From positions 7,189 to 71,188 of IMG/VR virus record IMGVR_UViG_3300036770_006414: DNA of 64,000 nt; one strand, 5' to 3'. Each line of letters opens with the position of its first letter. Positions within the stretch are counted from its first letter, which is position 1. The translations under genes and the position numbers were made by a program. The notes below the pieces were generated by a model. It searched no databases, was not told where the DNA came from, and saw only the letters and a program-made list of their open reading frames with translations. Positions 34,694 to 45,400 of the stretch are shown here, one piece after another. The DNA comes from a virus.

Positions 34694-35840
34694 GGTCAAG
34701 AGGGGAGAGGAGAGAGGTATGGTCCTCTACGATCACCCCGTTGGCGCTGTGAGCAAGCTACAGAAGATGATCAGCTTCGGACCAGGCAGGTATCTAATTA
34801 TGGCGGGGCCTCCTGGTACTGGTAAGACCAGCTATATAGATACCCAGTTCGTACTAAAGCCTATACTGGCATGGATACACAGGGGCGCAGCCTGCCCCAA
34901 CTATATTTATAGGAGCATGGAAAGATCGCCCCTCGATAAGATAGCAAAGCTGGTGAGCGCTATCATCCAGGTGGACCAAAAGATTGTGCTTGACCCAAAG
35001 ATACTGCTTGGCTTTAGTAATGCCAGCAGATTGGTTACAGACGACGACATAGCTTTGGTATCGCATTACAGGGATTACTTCGAGGTAATAAAAAAGAACC
35101 TGGATATAATCCCAGGCAGTGCGAGTCCCAAGCAGGTCCTCGACTATGCTGTGCGCAAGGCTCAGTCGCGGGGTAAGCTGTGGAGTACCAAGGGGCGCAG
35201 TGCTCTTGTAAACAACCAGGTCGCGGGAGAGCTGAACCTCAGCGAGGTAATTGGGGGTGTCGAGAAGTACTACATGGAAACCCCGTGGGGTAAACTTTAC
35301 GAGGGGGCAAGCGTATTTATTCCTGACGACAAGAGCATCTACATCCACATTACCGACCATATTGGCAAGCTTGTCAGTGGGAACGAAAAGACTGTCCTTG
35401 ATGAGCATTCCAACAATATGGCTGGAACGCTCCGCGATATTTATAGGTACGGTGTAATCGATGTGTCTCAGCTTAACAGAGGCTTGTATGATACATACAG
35501 GGCTAAGAATACCCTGCTGACCATCACGATGTCGGATCTTAAAGGAACGAATACGACGGCAGAAAATGCCGACATTGTACTCGGGGTAATAAACCCTGCG
35601 GCGCATCAGATTGAGGACTACGAGGGCTACAATGTTGGCTCGTTTATTAATCCAGAAACCAATGCGAGCCACTTGAGGGTTATTGTATGTGCCAAGAACT
35701 CCCAGGGTCCTTCTGACTTTAAGATAGGGGTTGCTTTCTGGGGAGAGAATGGGATGACCTACGAATTGCCATCGCCATTACATACAACAAATGTAGATGC
35801 GGAAAATACTATCCGCGGGACCTATTGCGTTAAAATATAA
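34662..35840 (+). CDS. dnaB: DnaB-like replicative helicase (SF4)
   Basis: GPPGTGKTS, SMER, ITDHI, SQLNR, SDLKGT...ENADIV. Confidence 0.8.
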   Translation: MLEELIDHMHRVKRGEERGMVLYDHPVGAVSKLQKMISFGPGRYLIMAGPPGTGKTSYIDTQFVLKPILAWIHRGAACPNYIYRSMERSPLDKIAKLVSAIIQVDQKIVLDPKILLGFSNASRLVTDDDIALVSHYRDYFEVIKKNLDIIPGSASPKQVLDYAVRKAQSRGKLWSTKGRSALVNNQVAGELNLSEVIGGVEKYYMETPWGKLYEGASVFIPDDKSIYIHITDHIGKLVSGNEKTVLDEHSNNMAGTLRDIYRYGVIDVSQLNRGLYDTYRAKNTLLTITMSDLKGTNTTAENADIVLGVINPAAHQIEDYEGYNVGSFINPETNASHLRVIVCAKNSQGPSDFKIGVAFWGENGMTYELPSPLHTTNVDAENTIRGTYCVKI

Positions 35841-35849
35841 AATTCGACT

Positions 35850-36530
35850 ATGTCTAAGTATTCTGTTTTCGGCCTCAATGTTGGGGCCAAGGTCCTGGGC
35901 CTAGAGCTCGGCCAAAGCGAGAAGGCCGTATGGCTGAAGGGTGAGTTTGGTGTTGGAGTGGACAAGTATGCAAAAAAGTTGTTCCTCTTCTACCCTAACA
36001 AGGTGGTAGAGTGGGCGGGGCGCAAGCCTGTTACCCACACCGAAGGCGACAAGGTTAACGCTGCCCGCAAGCGCTGGCGGGAGGATGTTATCACTGTTAT
36101 TGCTTCTGCTTCCAAGCAGAGCAGTTCCGACCTTCTCAACAAGGTGCTTGCCTTGCACCCCAAGAGCCCCCAAGACTTTATTCGTATGGCCTTGGAATCG
36201 GCAGGAAAGTACGAGGGTAATCTGGTCGATGTTTTCCTGGAGTGGCAGGCGAAGGACGGCAAAACGTTTCTCGGATTCCCCCGCGATAGCAGCGATGGCC
36301 TGTTTATCTGCCCAACGACCACCGACGGATGGCGCAGGGACGAGGACCGCAAGGGGCTGGTATACGTTAAAGACGGGCGACAGCATCCTTTTACCCGCGG
36401 TATTGGGTACATGAAGAGCAAGCGGGCGCAGAAGCCAGACTTTGTAGCCGAGCCACGCGCAGAGCGGCCAGCACCCCCAAAATACACTCCGCCAGTCGAT
36501 GACTATACGGAGGAGGATTTACCTTTCTGA
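35850..36530 (+). CDS. putative single-stranded DNA-binding protein
   Basis: Pro-rich linker and acidic EEDLPF C-terminus; sits between helicase and primase. Confidence 0.55.
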   Translation: MSKYSVFGLNVGAKVLGLELGQSEKAVWLKGEFGVGVDKYAKKLFLFYPNKVVEWAGRKPVTHTEGDKVNAARKRWREDVITVIASASKQSSSDLLNKVLALHPKSPQDFIRMALESAGKYEGNLVDVFLEWQAKDGKTFLGFPRDSSDGLFICPTTTDGWRRDEDRKGLVYVKDGRQHPFTRGIGYMKSKRAQKPDFVAEPRAERPAPPKYTPPVDDYTEEDLPF

Positions 36531-36551
36531 ATGTTTTACGGTTTTTGTTGC

Positions 36552-36581
36552 GGGAGGCTCCTCTGGGGTCTCCCTTTTTTT
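36552..36581 (+). terminator. intrinsic terminator
   Basis: GGGAGGCTCC-tct-GGGGTCTCCC followed by T7. Confidence 0.75.
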
Positions 36582-36600
36582 AACTCACGCATGAAAAAAA

Positions 36601-36858
36601 ATGGTTAGTAAAATTGCAAAACAGATTACTTCAGTCAGACATTGTGACCTTAGCTTTGTGGGTACTAAATGTGTGGTCTTTACTTGCTCCTGCTCTCTGC
36701 TGGACGCCAAGGACAACCTAAACGAAACAGGGATGGCAGTTCAGGAGATCGTCCCGAGGGGATGGGCGTTAATCGTTGGGGAGAATTATTCCCACAGGAT
36801 TCAAAAGGAAGCAAATGAAAGATCATTACCAAATTTGGGAAAGGGCTATCGGGTTTAG
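36601..36858 (+). CDS. hypothetical protein
   Basis: 85 aa. Confidence 0.45.
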   Translation: MVSKIAKQITSVRHCDLSFVGTKCVVFTCSCSLLDAKDNLNETGMAVQEIVPRGWALIVGENYSHRIQKEANERSLPNLGKGYRV

Positions 36859-37762
36859 GCCTGAACTCAAGAAAAAGTACCCCAACCCATTCAGGGCCGA
36901 CCGCCATGGGGACTGTTATTTCGAGTGGGTTGGTAATTACCTACGGCTCAAGGACTGGGGTAATTCGTACTACAACGGCATTAATTGCTTTGATGCGGTA
37001 TCTATTCGGGTGCTTGGTCACAAGATTGACGAGGCTGGCGATCCGAAGGAAAACTGGAATACCGTCATGGACTTTGTTAGCGGGGTGGACAGGTTTGATA
37101 AGGCCAATATTGTGGCTTCCGACGATTTTAAATACAGCCTGATCGCTTCCCCTCGGGACATGACCGACGAGGAGCTTATCTTTTATAGGCAGTTTGGAAT
37201 AAAGGAAACCCATCTAAGTGACGATCATGTGACGGGATGTGATTGGTATAAATACAACTCAAGGCAGCACCCAGAGAGTTTTACTGTTAGATACCCATCG
37301 GACCTGGCCTATATACTCTGGATGGATAACGATCGCAAGAAAGTCTACCGACCAAGGAACAAGGATCTGAAATTTACCACCGATACAGTATCTGATGATG
37401 TTTGGTCTTTTGGCAGCGGTGGGTTGGCGCTTGTTTTTGAAGGACACAAGGATGCCAGGGTGGCTTACAATCTGGGCTTTGGCAGCATCGGCCTACAGTC
37501 TTGTACTATTGCCCCCACGAAATTTACCGTTATGGCCCTCAAGCAGCGCTTCAGTCGAATCGTTTATGTTGGCGACTGGGATAATGCGGGCATAATAAAC
37601 GGAGCGAAGGTGGCCGAAGCTATGGGTATAGAACAGCGCGTGTTTCCAGAGTACGTTAGGGACAAACTGATATCCAGGGGGCTGAGCGACCTGAGCGACT
37701 TGTATATAGAGATCGGAAGGGAGAGATGTATTAAAGCATTGAATTATTTGATGAGCCTATGA
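36815..37762 (+). CDS. DNA primase (DnaG-like, TOPRIM)
   Basis: NPFRADRH..C N-terminal motif; FEGHKDA and DWDNAG TOPRIM motifs. Likely ATG 36815. Confidence 0.8.
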   Translation: MKDHYQIWERAIGFRPELKKKYPNPFRADRHGDCYFEWVGNYLRLKDWGNSYYNGINCFDAVSIRVLGHKIDEAGDPKENWNTVMDFVSGVDRFDKANIVASDDFKYSLIASPRDMTDEELIFYRQFGIKETHLSDDHVTGCDWYKYNSRQHPESFTVRYPSDLAYILWMDNDRKKVYRPRNKDLKFTTDTVSDDVWSFGSGGLALVFEGHKDARVAYNLGFGSIGLQSCTIAPTKFTVMALKQRFSRIVYVGDWDNAGIINGAKVAEAMGIEQRVFPEYVRDKLISRGLSDLSDLYIEIGRERCIKALNYLMSL

Positions 37763-38103
37763 TAATCAGAAAGAGAGGGGGTGTGTACGTGGTAGATGGG
37801 GACCCCATGGAGCTTGATAAACTCGTGGACTTGGAGCTAACGCTGGAGGTCAAGGGGGGAAAGGTTCGCCCCAAGTCGGTGTCGGCTCAATACCGCCGCC
37901 TGCTATACCTCCAATGGATGCACAACCCAGTACTGCAAGAACTATTTGAGGACTTCGATGAATACTACCTCGCGGAGTTCAGTATTATTATTCACGAACA
38001 ACTAGAAAACATCAATGATCTACGCTTTAACGGGATTGACCTACACGGGCAAGACGACAGTTGCAGAAATGATATCCAAGGAAACTGGCTACAGGATGGC
38101 TAG
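37759..38103 (+). CDS. hypothetical protein
   Basis: ATGA-coupled. Confidence 0.55.
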   Translation: MIIRKRGGVYVVDGDPMELDKLVDLELTLEVKGGKVRPKSVSAQYRRLLYLQWMHNPVLQELFEDFDEYYLAEFSIIIHEQLENINDLRFNGIDLHGQDDSCRNDIQGNWLQDG

Positions 38104-38554
38104 CTTTGGCCAGGGGCCTCGCGATATTGTTACCTTCATTACGGGCGTCAGCAATCTGAGGGTAAACAAAAACTATCCTCTCCCAGACGCCTGGCAGGGG
38201 GGCAATGCCAAGCTTGGCCGCGATGCTATTATCATGGTCGCCGAGTCAATGAAGGAGATCTTTGGGGCCGATGTGTGGGCGAAATACTTGCTGCTGAGTA
38301 CAAACAGCTACCAGAACATCGTCATCGACGACTTGCGGTTCTTGTCGGAGTACGATGTGATAAAGCATTTTCCACATAAAATTATACGGGTAATTTGCGA
38401 GGATGAAGATCGTATCAGCAGGGCCGCCAAGCATAGTGATTATCCGTTGGCCCTTATAAGGGCATCGGAAATCGGCGATGCCGAGGTAAAACTTATTCCC
38501 GCTGAATGTACTATAAACACCTCTTTCCCCGTTGATATAAAAAAGATATTATGA
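38015..38554 (+). CDS. deoxynucleoside monophosphate kinase
   Basis: GLTYTGKTT P-loop, SF, VIDDLRFLSE. Confidence 0.8.
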   Translation: MIYALTGLTYTGKTTVAEMISKETGYRMASFGQGPRDIVTFITGVSNLRVNKNYPLPDAWQGGNAKLGRDAIIMVAESMKEIFGADVWAKYLLLSTNSYQNIVIDDLRFLSEYDVIKHFPHKIIRVICEDEDRISRAAKHSDYPLALIRASEIGDAEVKLIPAECTINTSFPVDIKKIL

Positions 38555-38916
38555 AGCTACTGTATCGCAACAGGGTCTTTGCCGTAACCATTGGGGCTAG
38601 GACGCTGGCTATCGAGTTTAGGACGATAAACTTTACTGTCTGGTATGGCCACACCATCTACAAAGAAATCGATGACGAGTTTATTGTCGACACCTGCAGG
38701 GTTGTTATATTCAATATATGGCAGCCCATCGAAAAATTTAATGAAGCCATGTGGCTCTTGCTGACCCCCATAGACTGGGGTACACCTACACCGCTTCTTC
38801 TCGATGGGGGTGAGGGTAAAAGACCCGTCAGGAACCAGAAGATGTTTTGGGTGAACCTGTATGGTGTTATTTTCTATACTGCAATTTTAATCACGGCATG
38901 GAATTTATTGCAATAG
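38551..38916 (+). CDS. hypothetical protein with C-terminal TM segment
   Basis: 121 aa, ATGA-coupled. Confidence 0.55.
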   Translation: MKLLYRNRVFAVTIGARTLAIEFRTINFTVWYGHTIYKEIDDEFIVDTCRVVIFNIWQPIEKFNEAMWLLLTPIDWGTPTPLLLDGGEGKRPVRNQKMFWVNLYGVIFYTAILITAWNLLQ

Positions 38917-39323
38917 ATACCGCAAGGACCCAGGGTGGTATTGTCGTCTCGAGGGAGGAGGGGGACAGAATTTACAAGATCTCAAAACTCACTCTCGCCC
39001 AGTACGGGAGGCTCCTCATCGACGAGGGGCTTCCCATTTATGCTGAGGCGGTCCAGGCTTTTGCTTTCGGGAAGGCGGCGTACGCTGCCAAGTTCGAGGC
39101 GAAGGGCAGGCTCGAGGCTATAGCCGCAATTGCTGGGGTGGAGATCGAGTACATATACCCACAGACTTGGCTGGCTTTCTATAAGTTTAAGAAGGTTGGG
39201 AACGACTACCAGTGGAAGAAGTACCTCCGCGAGGAGGCCAAGAAGTACAATTCAATGGCAGACACGGAGACTGCCGACGCCATACTTATTGCTAATTTCG
39301 TAAAAGAGAAAAAACGATGTTAA
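38898..39323 (+). CDS. RuvC-like Holliday junction resolvase
   Basis: FIAID, YAE, PQTW, ADAILIA. Likely ATG 38898. Confidence 0.7.
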   Translation: MEFIAIDTARTQGGIVVSREEGDRIYKISKLTLAQYGRLLIDEGLPIYAEAVQAFAFGKAAYAAKFEAKGRLEAIAAIAGVEIEYIYPQTWLAFYKFKKVGNDYQWKKYLREEAKKYNSMADTETADAILIANFVKEKKRC

Positions 39324-40588
39324 GAGATTATCAGGTTGATGCGGTAAACGACTGTATCAAATGGCTTGACGACTACGAGGGACCAGGAATTGCCATCCTC
39401 CCGACGGCTGCTGGCAAGAGCTACGTGATTGCCGCTTTGGCAAATCACTATGGGAAGGTGCTGGTACTACAGCCCTCCAAGGAACTCCTGGAGCAGAACT
39501 TCTCCAAGTACCAGTTGTACAACGATAACGCCAAGATCTTTTCTGCCTCCATGAACAAGAAGGAGATCGGCGAGGTAACGTTTGCTACCCTGGGTTCTAT
39601 CGTAGGGCTTCCCCATTTGTTTGGCAATGTCGAAGTCATCATCTGTGATGAGGCGCACCTGTACCCTACGGAGAACAGCATGTTTTCCCGCTTCAAAAAG
39701 AACCTTCGCAACGCAAAGATCCTGGGCCTTACGGCGACGCCCTTCCGAATGGAGCGCATGATAATGGGTACGAAGCTGAAGATGCTAGCTTCGCGCAATT
39801 ACGATTGGTACGGGTATGCCCACGTAATGGAGATCGCCGACGTAAGAAAATGGTGGTCTTCGGTAAACTACGATATTATCGATGTCAACGAAGACGACCT
39901 GGAGGTAAACTCCACGGGCTCTGAATATACCGAGGATTCGGTTATCGAGTTCGCCAAGACTACTTCCGAGCTTATCAGGGAGTCTATCGACAAGTATCGC
40001 GGGCAGCAAATGCTTGTATTTGTACCTTCGATCGCGCAGGCCGAAAACTTTGCAAAAGATTACAACGGGGTGGCTGTATCATCGAAAACGAAGAAGAAGT
40101 ACCGCAAGGAGATCATCGACGGATTTAAGAGTATGGACATCGATATCGTATTTAACGTCGATGTGCTGGGTGTCGGATTCGATCACCCCAAGCTTCCTGT
40201 GCTACTCGATGCCAACCCGACGCTTTCCTTGGCAAGGTATTACCAGCGCTACGGAAGGCTTACCAGGCCAGCAGAAGGCGTAGAGAAAACGTATGTGGAC
40301 CTGTGTGGCAACACTGGTCGATTTGGAAGGGTCGAGGATATCCAGTTTAAGAAGGTAGGCAAATCGATGAAGACCCTGCAATGCTTTAACGGGGATACCC
40401 AGGTGACCGATGTTTACCTACACCTACTCCACAAGGCTAAGGAGATCGTCATGCCGTTTGGCAAATACCAGGGAGAGAGCCTTAGTTCTATTCCTACGGA
40501 TTACCTCCAATGGTGCGCCAAGAAAGTAACGAACAACAAGAAGATTGTCTTCCATATCAACAGAGAACTCGCAAACCGCTGGCAATAA
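39317..40588 (+). CDS. SF2 helicase (ResIII/RadD-like) with C-terminal MPFGKY domain
   Basis: LRDYQ, PTAAGKS, DEAH, LTATP, GFDHP, QRYGR..R; C-terminal MPFGKYQG...PTDYLQW. Confidence 0.9.
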   Translation: MLRDYQVDAVNDCIKWLDDYEGPGIAILPTAAGKSYVIAALANHYGKVLVLQPSKELLEQNFSKYQLYNDNAKIFSASMNKKEIGEVTFATLGSIVGLPHLFGNVEVIICDEAHLYPTENSMFSRFKKNLRNAKILGLTATPFRMERMIMGTKLKMLASRNYDWYGYAHVMEIADVRKWWSSVNYDIIDVNEDDLEVNSTGSEYTEDSVIEFAKTTSELIRESIDKYRGQQMLVFVPSIAQAENFAKDYNGVAVSSKTKKKYRKEIIDGFKSMDIDIVFNVDVLGVGFDHPKLPVLLDANPTLSLARYYQRYGRLTRPAEGVEKTYVDLCGNTGRFGRVEDIQFKKVGKSMKTLQCFNGDTQVTDVYLHLLHKAKEIVMPFGKYQGESLSSIPTDYLQWCAKKVTNNKKIVFHINRELANRWQ

Positions 40589-40911
40589 TGAGAGCACTAG
40601 TGTTTGAATTTCCCAACCTGGGCGTAGCATTGATTGCACCCTGGGACGATTTCGTTAAAGACCCAGAACTTATCAAGCTGTATGTATTTGGGGGTATCCC
40701 AACGGCTGATCTAATCATAAAATACGATGAGACAGCGTTCTATAAGAGGTTGATACAGGAACAGATTGCTACGGCGTTCAACAAGCTAAATACCTTTCAC
40801 GAGCAAACGGCCTTTATTAAGCTTGTTCCTGAGTTAAAGGTCTCGGGGAAAAGGGTTTATTTCGAGGATAATAATTTAAAACTCAATGATTTATGGGTAA
40901 GTCTAAATTAG
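40588..40911 (+). CDS. hypothetical protein
   Basis: TAATG-coupled start at 40588. Confidence 0.6.
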   Translation: MRALVFEFPNLGVALIAPWDDFVKDPELIKLYVFGGIPTADLIIKYDETAFYKRLIQEQIATAFNKLNTFHEQTAFIKLVPELKVSGKRVYFEDNNLKLNDLWVSLN

Positions 40912-41513
40912 TAGCCATTGATGCAGGACACGGAGGCATCAACAGGTTCGGGCAGTATACTACTGCTCCGCGCAAAATGTTCGATCACGGTCCATCGTTT
41001 GAGTTCCATAACGGAGGGATATTTTACGAGGGAGTGAGCAACAGGCGAATTGCGAATGCGCTGGCTGCCATGCTCCTAAAGGAGGGTATTCCCCACATGA
41101 TGGTATCGCACCAGAGCCTGGATACGCCCCTCAAGCGAAGGGTGGCCCAGGCCAATGCTGTAAGGGCAGCGCTGTACGTAAGCATTCACTCCAACGCCTC
41201 GCCCAATCACAACGCTCGTGGGTGGGAAGTATTTACCTCCCCAGGAAAGACGGCCTCCGACGAGGCTGCCACCATGCTCTACGAGGAGATGAAGGAGCTG
41301 TTTGGGGTGGAGATCGATTACAGGACCGTATGGACCGATCGCGACCCTGACAAGGAGGAGAACTTCTATGTACTCAGGGCCACCAAGATGCCAGCCATCC
41401 TTGTGGAGAACCTGTTTTTCGACAACCACCAAGATGCACTCAAGCTCCACCTGAAAAGCACCGTCGAGCGTATGGCGGAGGCTAAACTCAGGATGATAAA
41501 GCGCTTTCTATGA
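40893..41513 (+). CDS. N-acetylmuramoyl-L-alanine amidase (Amidase_3), endolysin candidate
   Basis: IDAGHGG, E..N, SIHSNA, FYVLR..KMPAILVE. Confidence 0.92.
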   Translation: MGKSKLVAIDAGHGGINRFGQYTTAPRKMFDHGPSFEFHNGGIFYEGVSNRRIANALAAMLLKEGIPHMMVSHQSLDTPLKRRVAQANAVRAALYVSIHSNASPNHNARGWEVFTSPGKTASDEAATMLYEEMKELFGVEIDYRTVWTDRDPDKEENFYVLRATKMPAILVENLFFDNHQDALKLHLKSTVERMAEAKLRMIKRFL

Positions 41514-42172
41514 AGCAATACATTGAAGCTTTTGTAGAGGCATACAAGAACGCTCCTCCCTTCCCGACGGTCAGTGTTGATTACTACGGGTTTCCCTGGG
41601 AGCTAGGCTTTACTCAGCACGCACGCATACTATTCTGGGATGGCAAAGCCAGCAGGCCCGCGTTTATTCCAGAGGCTCCAGCGACAGTCGGCCAGTATTG
41701 GTATTATTGCGCCCAGGAAGGCCACAAGTTGCCCGTGTTGCAAAATATACCGATACAGGAAAACACACCCGACTATCCAATTACAAACGTTTCTGCCGCA
41801 GATGTGGCAAGATATTACAACTGGCTCAACCGCTGGTACGGTTTCAAAGAGCCGTACAAGGTAAAAGCACGGGTAAAAGACGACAAGATATCCATACTCC
41901 AGGACGACCTGGGATTCTTTATTCCCAACGAGGTGGAGCAAAAATGGATAACCCACGGACTGGAAAGCCTATCGCTCGACAAGCTTTCAGAGTATTGCTG
42001 GCTGCTCAACAATAGCGGTGGCCAGATAAAGCCTGTAAAGACCGAAGCCAGGCGGTATATCAACAAGTACCAGCATGGAACATTACTGCCAGACGGAACC
42101 TACCTGGACAAAAGCATTGGAATGCTTGGTCCCGCGGGGAACGTATACTGGATGGCATACGATAGAAGATAA
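41510..42172 (+). CDS. FGE-sulfatase-like (C-type lectin fold) protein
   Basis: TVGQY, PITNVS..D...Y.NWL, IPNEVE, GNVYW. Confidence 0.6.
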   Translation: MKQYIEAFVEAYKNAPPFPTVSVDYYGFPWELGFTQHARILFWDGKASRPAFIPEAPATVGQYWYYCAQEGHKLPVLQNIPIQENTPDYPITNVSAADVARYYNWLNRWYGFKEPYKVKARVKDDKISILQDDLGFFIPNEVEQKWITHGLESLSLDKLSEYCWLLNNSGGQIKPVKTEARRYINKYQHGTLLPDGTYLDKSIGMLGPAGNVYWMAYDRR

Positions 42173-42190
42173 TCGTTAAACAAAATACCA

Positions 42191-42454
42191 ATGAAAAAAC
42201 TAGCTGTAATCAAGAGCCCCTATTCTCCAGAGTCTCCACTGGTTTTCAATCGGGCCGTAAAAAAGCCTATCGAGGTCGAGTTCTGTAGGATCGATGAGGA
42301 CTTCGTTGTAGAACAGGGTCAGGAGGGGGAAGGCAACAGGCCATCGGTAACATTCGGCAAAGCTGGCGACTACCTGATGAAGGGGATCGCTGGCGAGCTG
42401 TACGTATGCCCCAAAGAAATCTTTGAGGCCACCTACGACTTGCTGTCAGAGTGA
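42191..42454 (+). CDS. PGDYG-like small phage protein
   Basis: KKPIEVE...GKAGDYLMKGIAGELYVCPKEIFEATY. Confidence 0.65.
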   Translation: MKKLAVIKSPYSPESPLVFNRAVKKPIEVEFCRIDEDFVVEQGQEGEGNRPSVTFGKAGDYLMKGIAGELYVCPKEIFEATYDLLSE

Positions 42455-42464
42455 TCAAAATGAA

Positions 42465-42487
42465 GAGTGGGGCCAAACGCCCCACTC
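42465..42487. terminator. hairpin between convergent operons
   Basis: GAGTGGGGC-caaac-GCCCCACTC, a perfect 9-bp stem in the 39-bp gap. Confidence 0.6.
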
Positions 42488-42493
42488 TCCTGG

Positions 42494-45400
42494 TCATGGC
42501 TGAATCTCTAAAACTCTCGCTATCTCATCAGGATGCATTCCCGCCGTAAGCATCTTCGCTACAATATCCCTACTCTTGCGGTGCATCTTATCCATATACT
42601 TCTCGAACAAATCGTCGGGCATAGTCCTGTAAGATTGGGCAGTCTGATCTAGCTGCTTCTTAAAGAATCGCTGCGACAATTTAAAGAACTCGTAGTAAAG
42701 AACGGGGTCGTCGGCAAGCTTCACTCCCCCGATTTCCGTCTGCCGAGAAACCTGCGGAGTGTAGTAGTTCTTATCCATAAACAACTTCTCGACGGGGTCG
42801 AGTTCAGTCTCTGGCCTGTAAAAACGCTTGGTCCCTATCGTATGATACCAAACATTGTGAAGGATGCCTTCCTGGACCTGCTTGCTTATTGGGCGGCCAA
42901 AATGGTCGAGCGCAGGCTTGTCGCTTGCTATTTGTCGAACAAACGGAACGCTCTTAAGCAACGACGACCACCCGAGCAACTCAGGCTGATCGTAGCCCAT
43001 CGAGGCCTCCGCATTGTTGAGTATGGCGCTTAGCGGTATGTACTTAGACATCACTCGGCTTATAGCCTCGTTCATCTTTTCTAAACTCGTATACCGCTCT
43101 GAGTTCGATATAGTTTGAATAAGGTCCGAGAGGCTAGACAAGAAGGCAATATCTAGCATGTATGCTGGGAATCCCGCAACCGCTGCCGCCCAAGCCATAT
43201 CTTTTTGCTTCTCGTTACCATAACGCTCAACATCGAAGAGGTTGCCAACAAACGAAAGGGCAAGCCCTATGGGAAGCATACTGTAGGATACGTACCCAAT
43301 CCCTGGAACACGGATGGAATGCCATTTAACGCCGCGAGCCTCAAGCTCCTTCTTCTTCTTGTAATCACTTGGCCCCTGGCCAGTCATTATTGGATAGCCC
43401 TCCTCGTCCTCTCCGCCAAGCGTCATTCCCGCAATAGTCATAAAGATAAGCCCAACAGCACCCCGCCAGATAAGTTCATTACGACGAAGTATCTGCTCAT
43501 CAACATCCCGAAGGAAACCTCCGCCCCCACGTATATTCGTAGTGGGTAGGGACTTTCCAAACATCTTGTTACTGGCCGTCGTGAGGGTAAAGCCGTAATA
43601 CCTAGCCATAGCAACTGGCGGCAAGTAATCCAACCAAGTGTTGAACAGGTTAGCCAGCAGGTTGGTAAACGGCACAACGTTGTTACCAAACGGAAGCTTT
43701 CTAATAAAATCATTGAGCGATACCGCAATAGCCCCAACGGTCCCCTCGGGTGGGAATCTGAAGACCGCCCTATTCGCCCTGCGCTCGGCGATGTCCTTGA
43801 CCCTGAAGTCCGACGGAAACCTCTCCATTGCACCGTTGATGACGTCCTGCTCACTAAACGGAAGGCCGCTCGCCTGCAAGTCGTTCCTCGTCTGATCCAT
43901 TAGCTGCTTCCAGGTCGTATCGATATCACCTATTGCCCAGCCACGAAGGCGATCAGCAATTGCCGCCCGTATCTTTTCCCTGTTCTTTTTGTTGTTCGGG
44001 TCGCCAGTTATATCCCCTCGAGACTGAAGATCGTTGAGAACCTCTTGATACAAGTCTCCCTTCTCTGTTACCTCCCTCGAAGCCAACTGCTCACTGGCGG
44101 TAACATAATAGGATACCATCGTAGGGGTTCTGAATATAGCGTCCTCGGCATCCATCAGCCGCGAGTTGTACTTGGCCATCAGCGCATACCCACCAAAGAA
44201 AGCCTTGAGTATATCATTGAGCGCCGCCGCAGGCTTGCCCCGCTTGAGGTTGGGAAGAACCTGTGATAGGTGCGCCATAACGTCGGAAGCAAAGCGGTAG
44301 CGCTCCTGGAGGTTAGGTATTTCGTACTTCTGTCCCTGGATCTGAGTGAGTCGGCCAGTCTTGATAATGTCCCGTGCATTCTTGAGCCCCAGCTTGAGGC
44401 CAAACTTGGCAGCCCTAAGCTTCTCGCCAGTGCTGAACCTGTACTGGGGTGCTACCTTCATCTCTGCCGATCCCGTTATTGCGCGAACCCCAGGGAGGTC
44501 AAGTATCGGAGCAAACAACGTCGATGCCGTATCACCAAGCGTCTGGAACAGGTTGCCCATAATGTTGGCAAGGTGAGTACCTGGAGAGGAGAGCATATTG
44601 TAATACATCATCATGCTCACATACTCCCCAATTGGCTCTCTGCCAACCTTGCGAAAAGCCAACGCCATCAGGTCCTTGATAGCGGCCTCTTTCATTGCGT
44701 ACGTGGGACTCTTGGTGAGTATCTCGTTGGTCTTATCGATAAGGTCCTGGAGTTCCTGGTCGAGCCCCTGGAAGCCTGCACCAGCGGCCCACGTCCTTGT
44801 TATCAAGTCCGTCGCTGCAGCCTCGTCGCCCCAGTCTAGGGCCTGAACAAAGGCCTTCTCACCCTTCGTGGCATTCTTGTTGAACTCCTCGCGGGCATCC
44901 CGCTTGAAGGAGTTGTATATCCGCTTTGCCAGAACTGCCGAAGAGTAAATACCGTAATTCTCAAGAACCGCCTTAACAGCCTCCTCGCTCCAGGCGAATG
45001 TATCTACGTTTGAAATGAAGGCTGCATTGTTGCCAATCTCCCGAACGCTAAACACACCGTTAACGGGGCGGTGATCCCATATCTCCAGGGCCTGTGCATC
45101 GGTAAGGCCGAAGCGTGCACGCATCTTTGTAGCCCACGTCTTAAACTCGGTATTACCCTCCAAGGCCGTATATATCCCGTATTCAACCATCAGCGGGACC
45201 ATCTTGGGGTCCAGGCCCGTGGGCGTAAAGCGCGTCTGGAAGCGAGTGCTCCCTCCCTTCTGCTCCGCAAGCCTCCGCTCGACGTCGGCCTTGGCCTCCT
45301 TGAGCCATTCCTTATCGCGAAGAGTAGAACTCTGCGCACTGCGCCCAGCGGCAGCCTTGGCGGCCTTGTACTTGTCAATGCTTCGGCTGATCCTATTCTG

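Noticed and set aside
42191-42454. Assigning the PGDYG-like protein as a known anti-CBASS/Thoeris sponge
   Set aside because: I cannot match it confidently to Acb2, Acb4, Tad1 or Tad2 from sequence alone; it needs an HMM or structure search.
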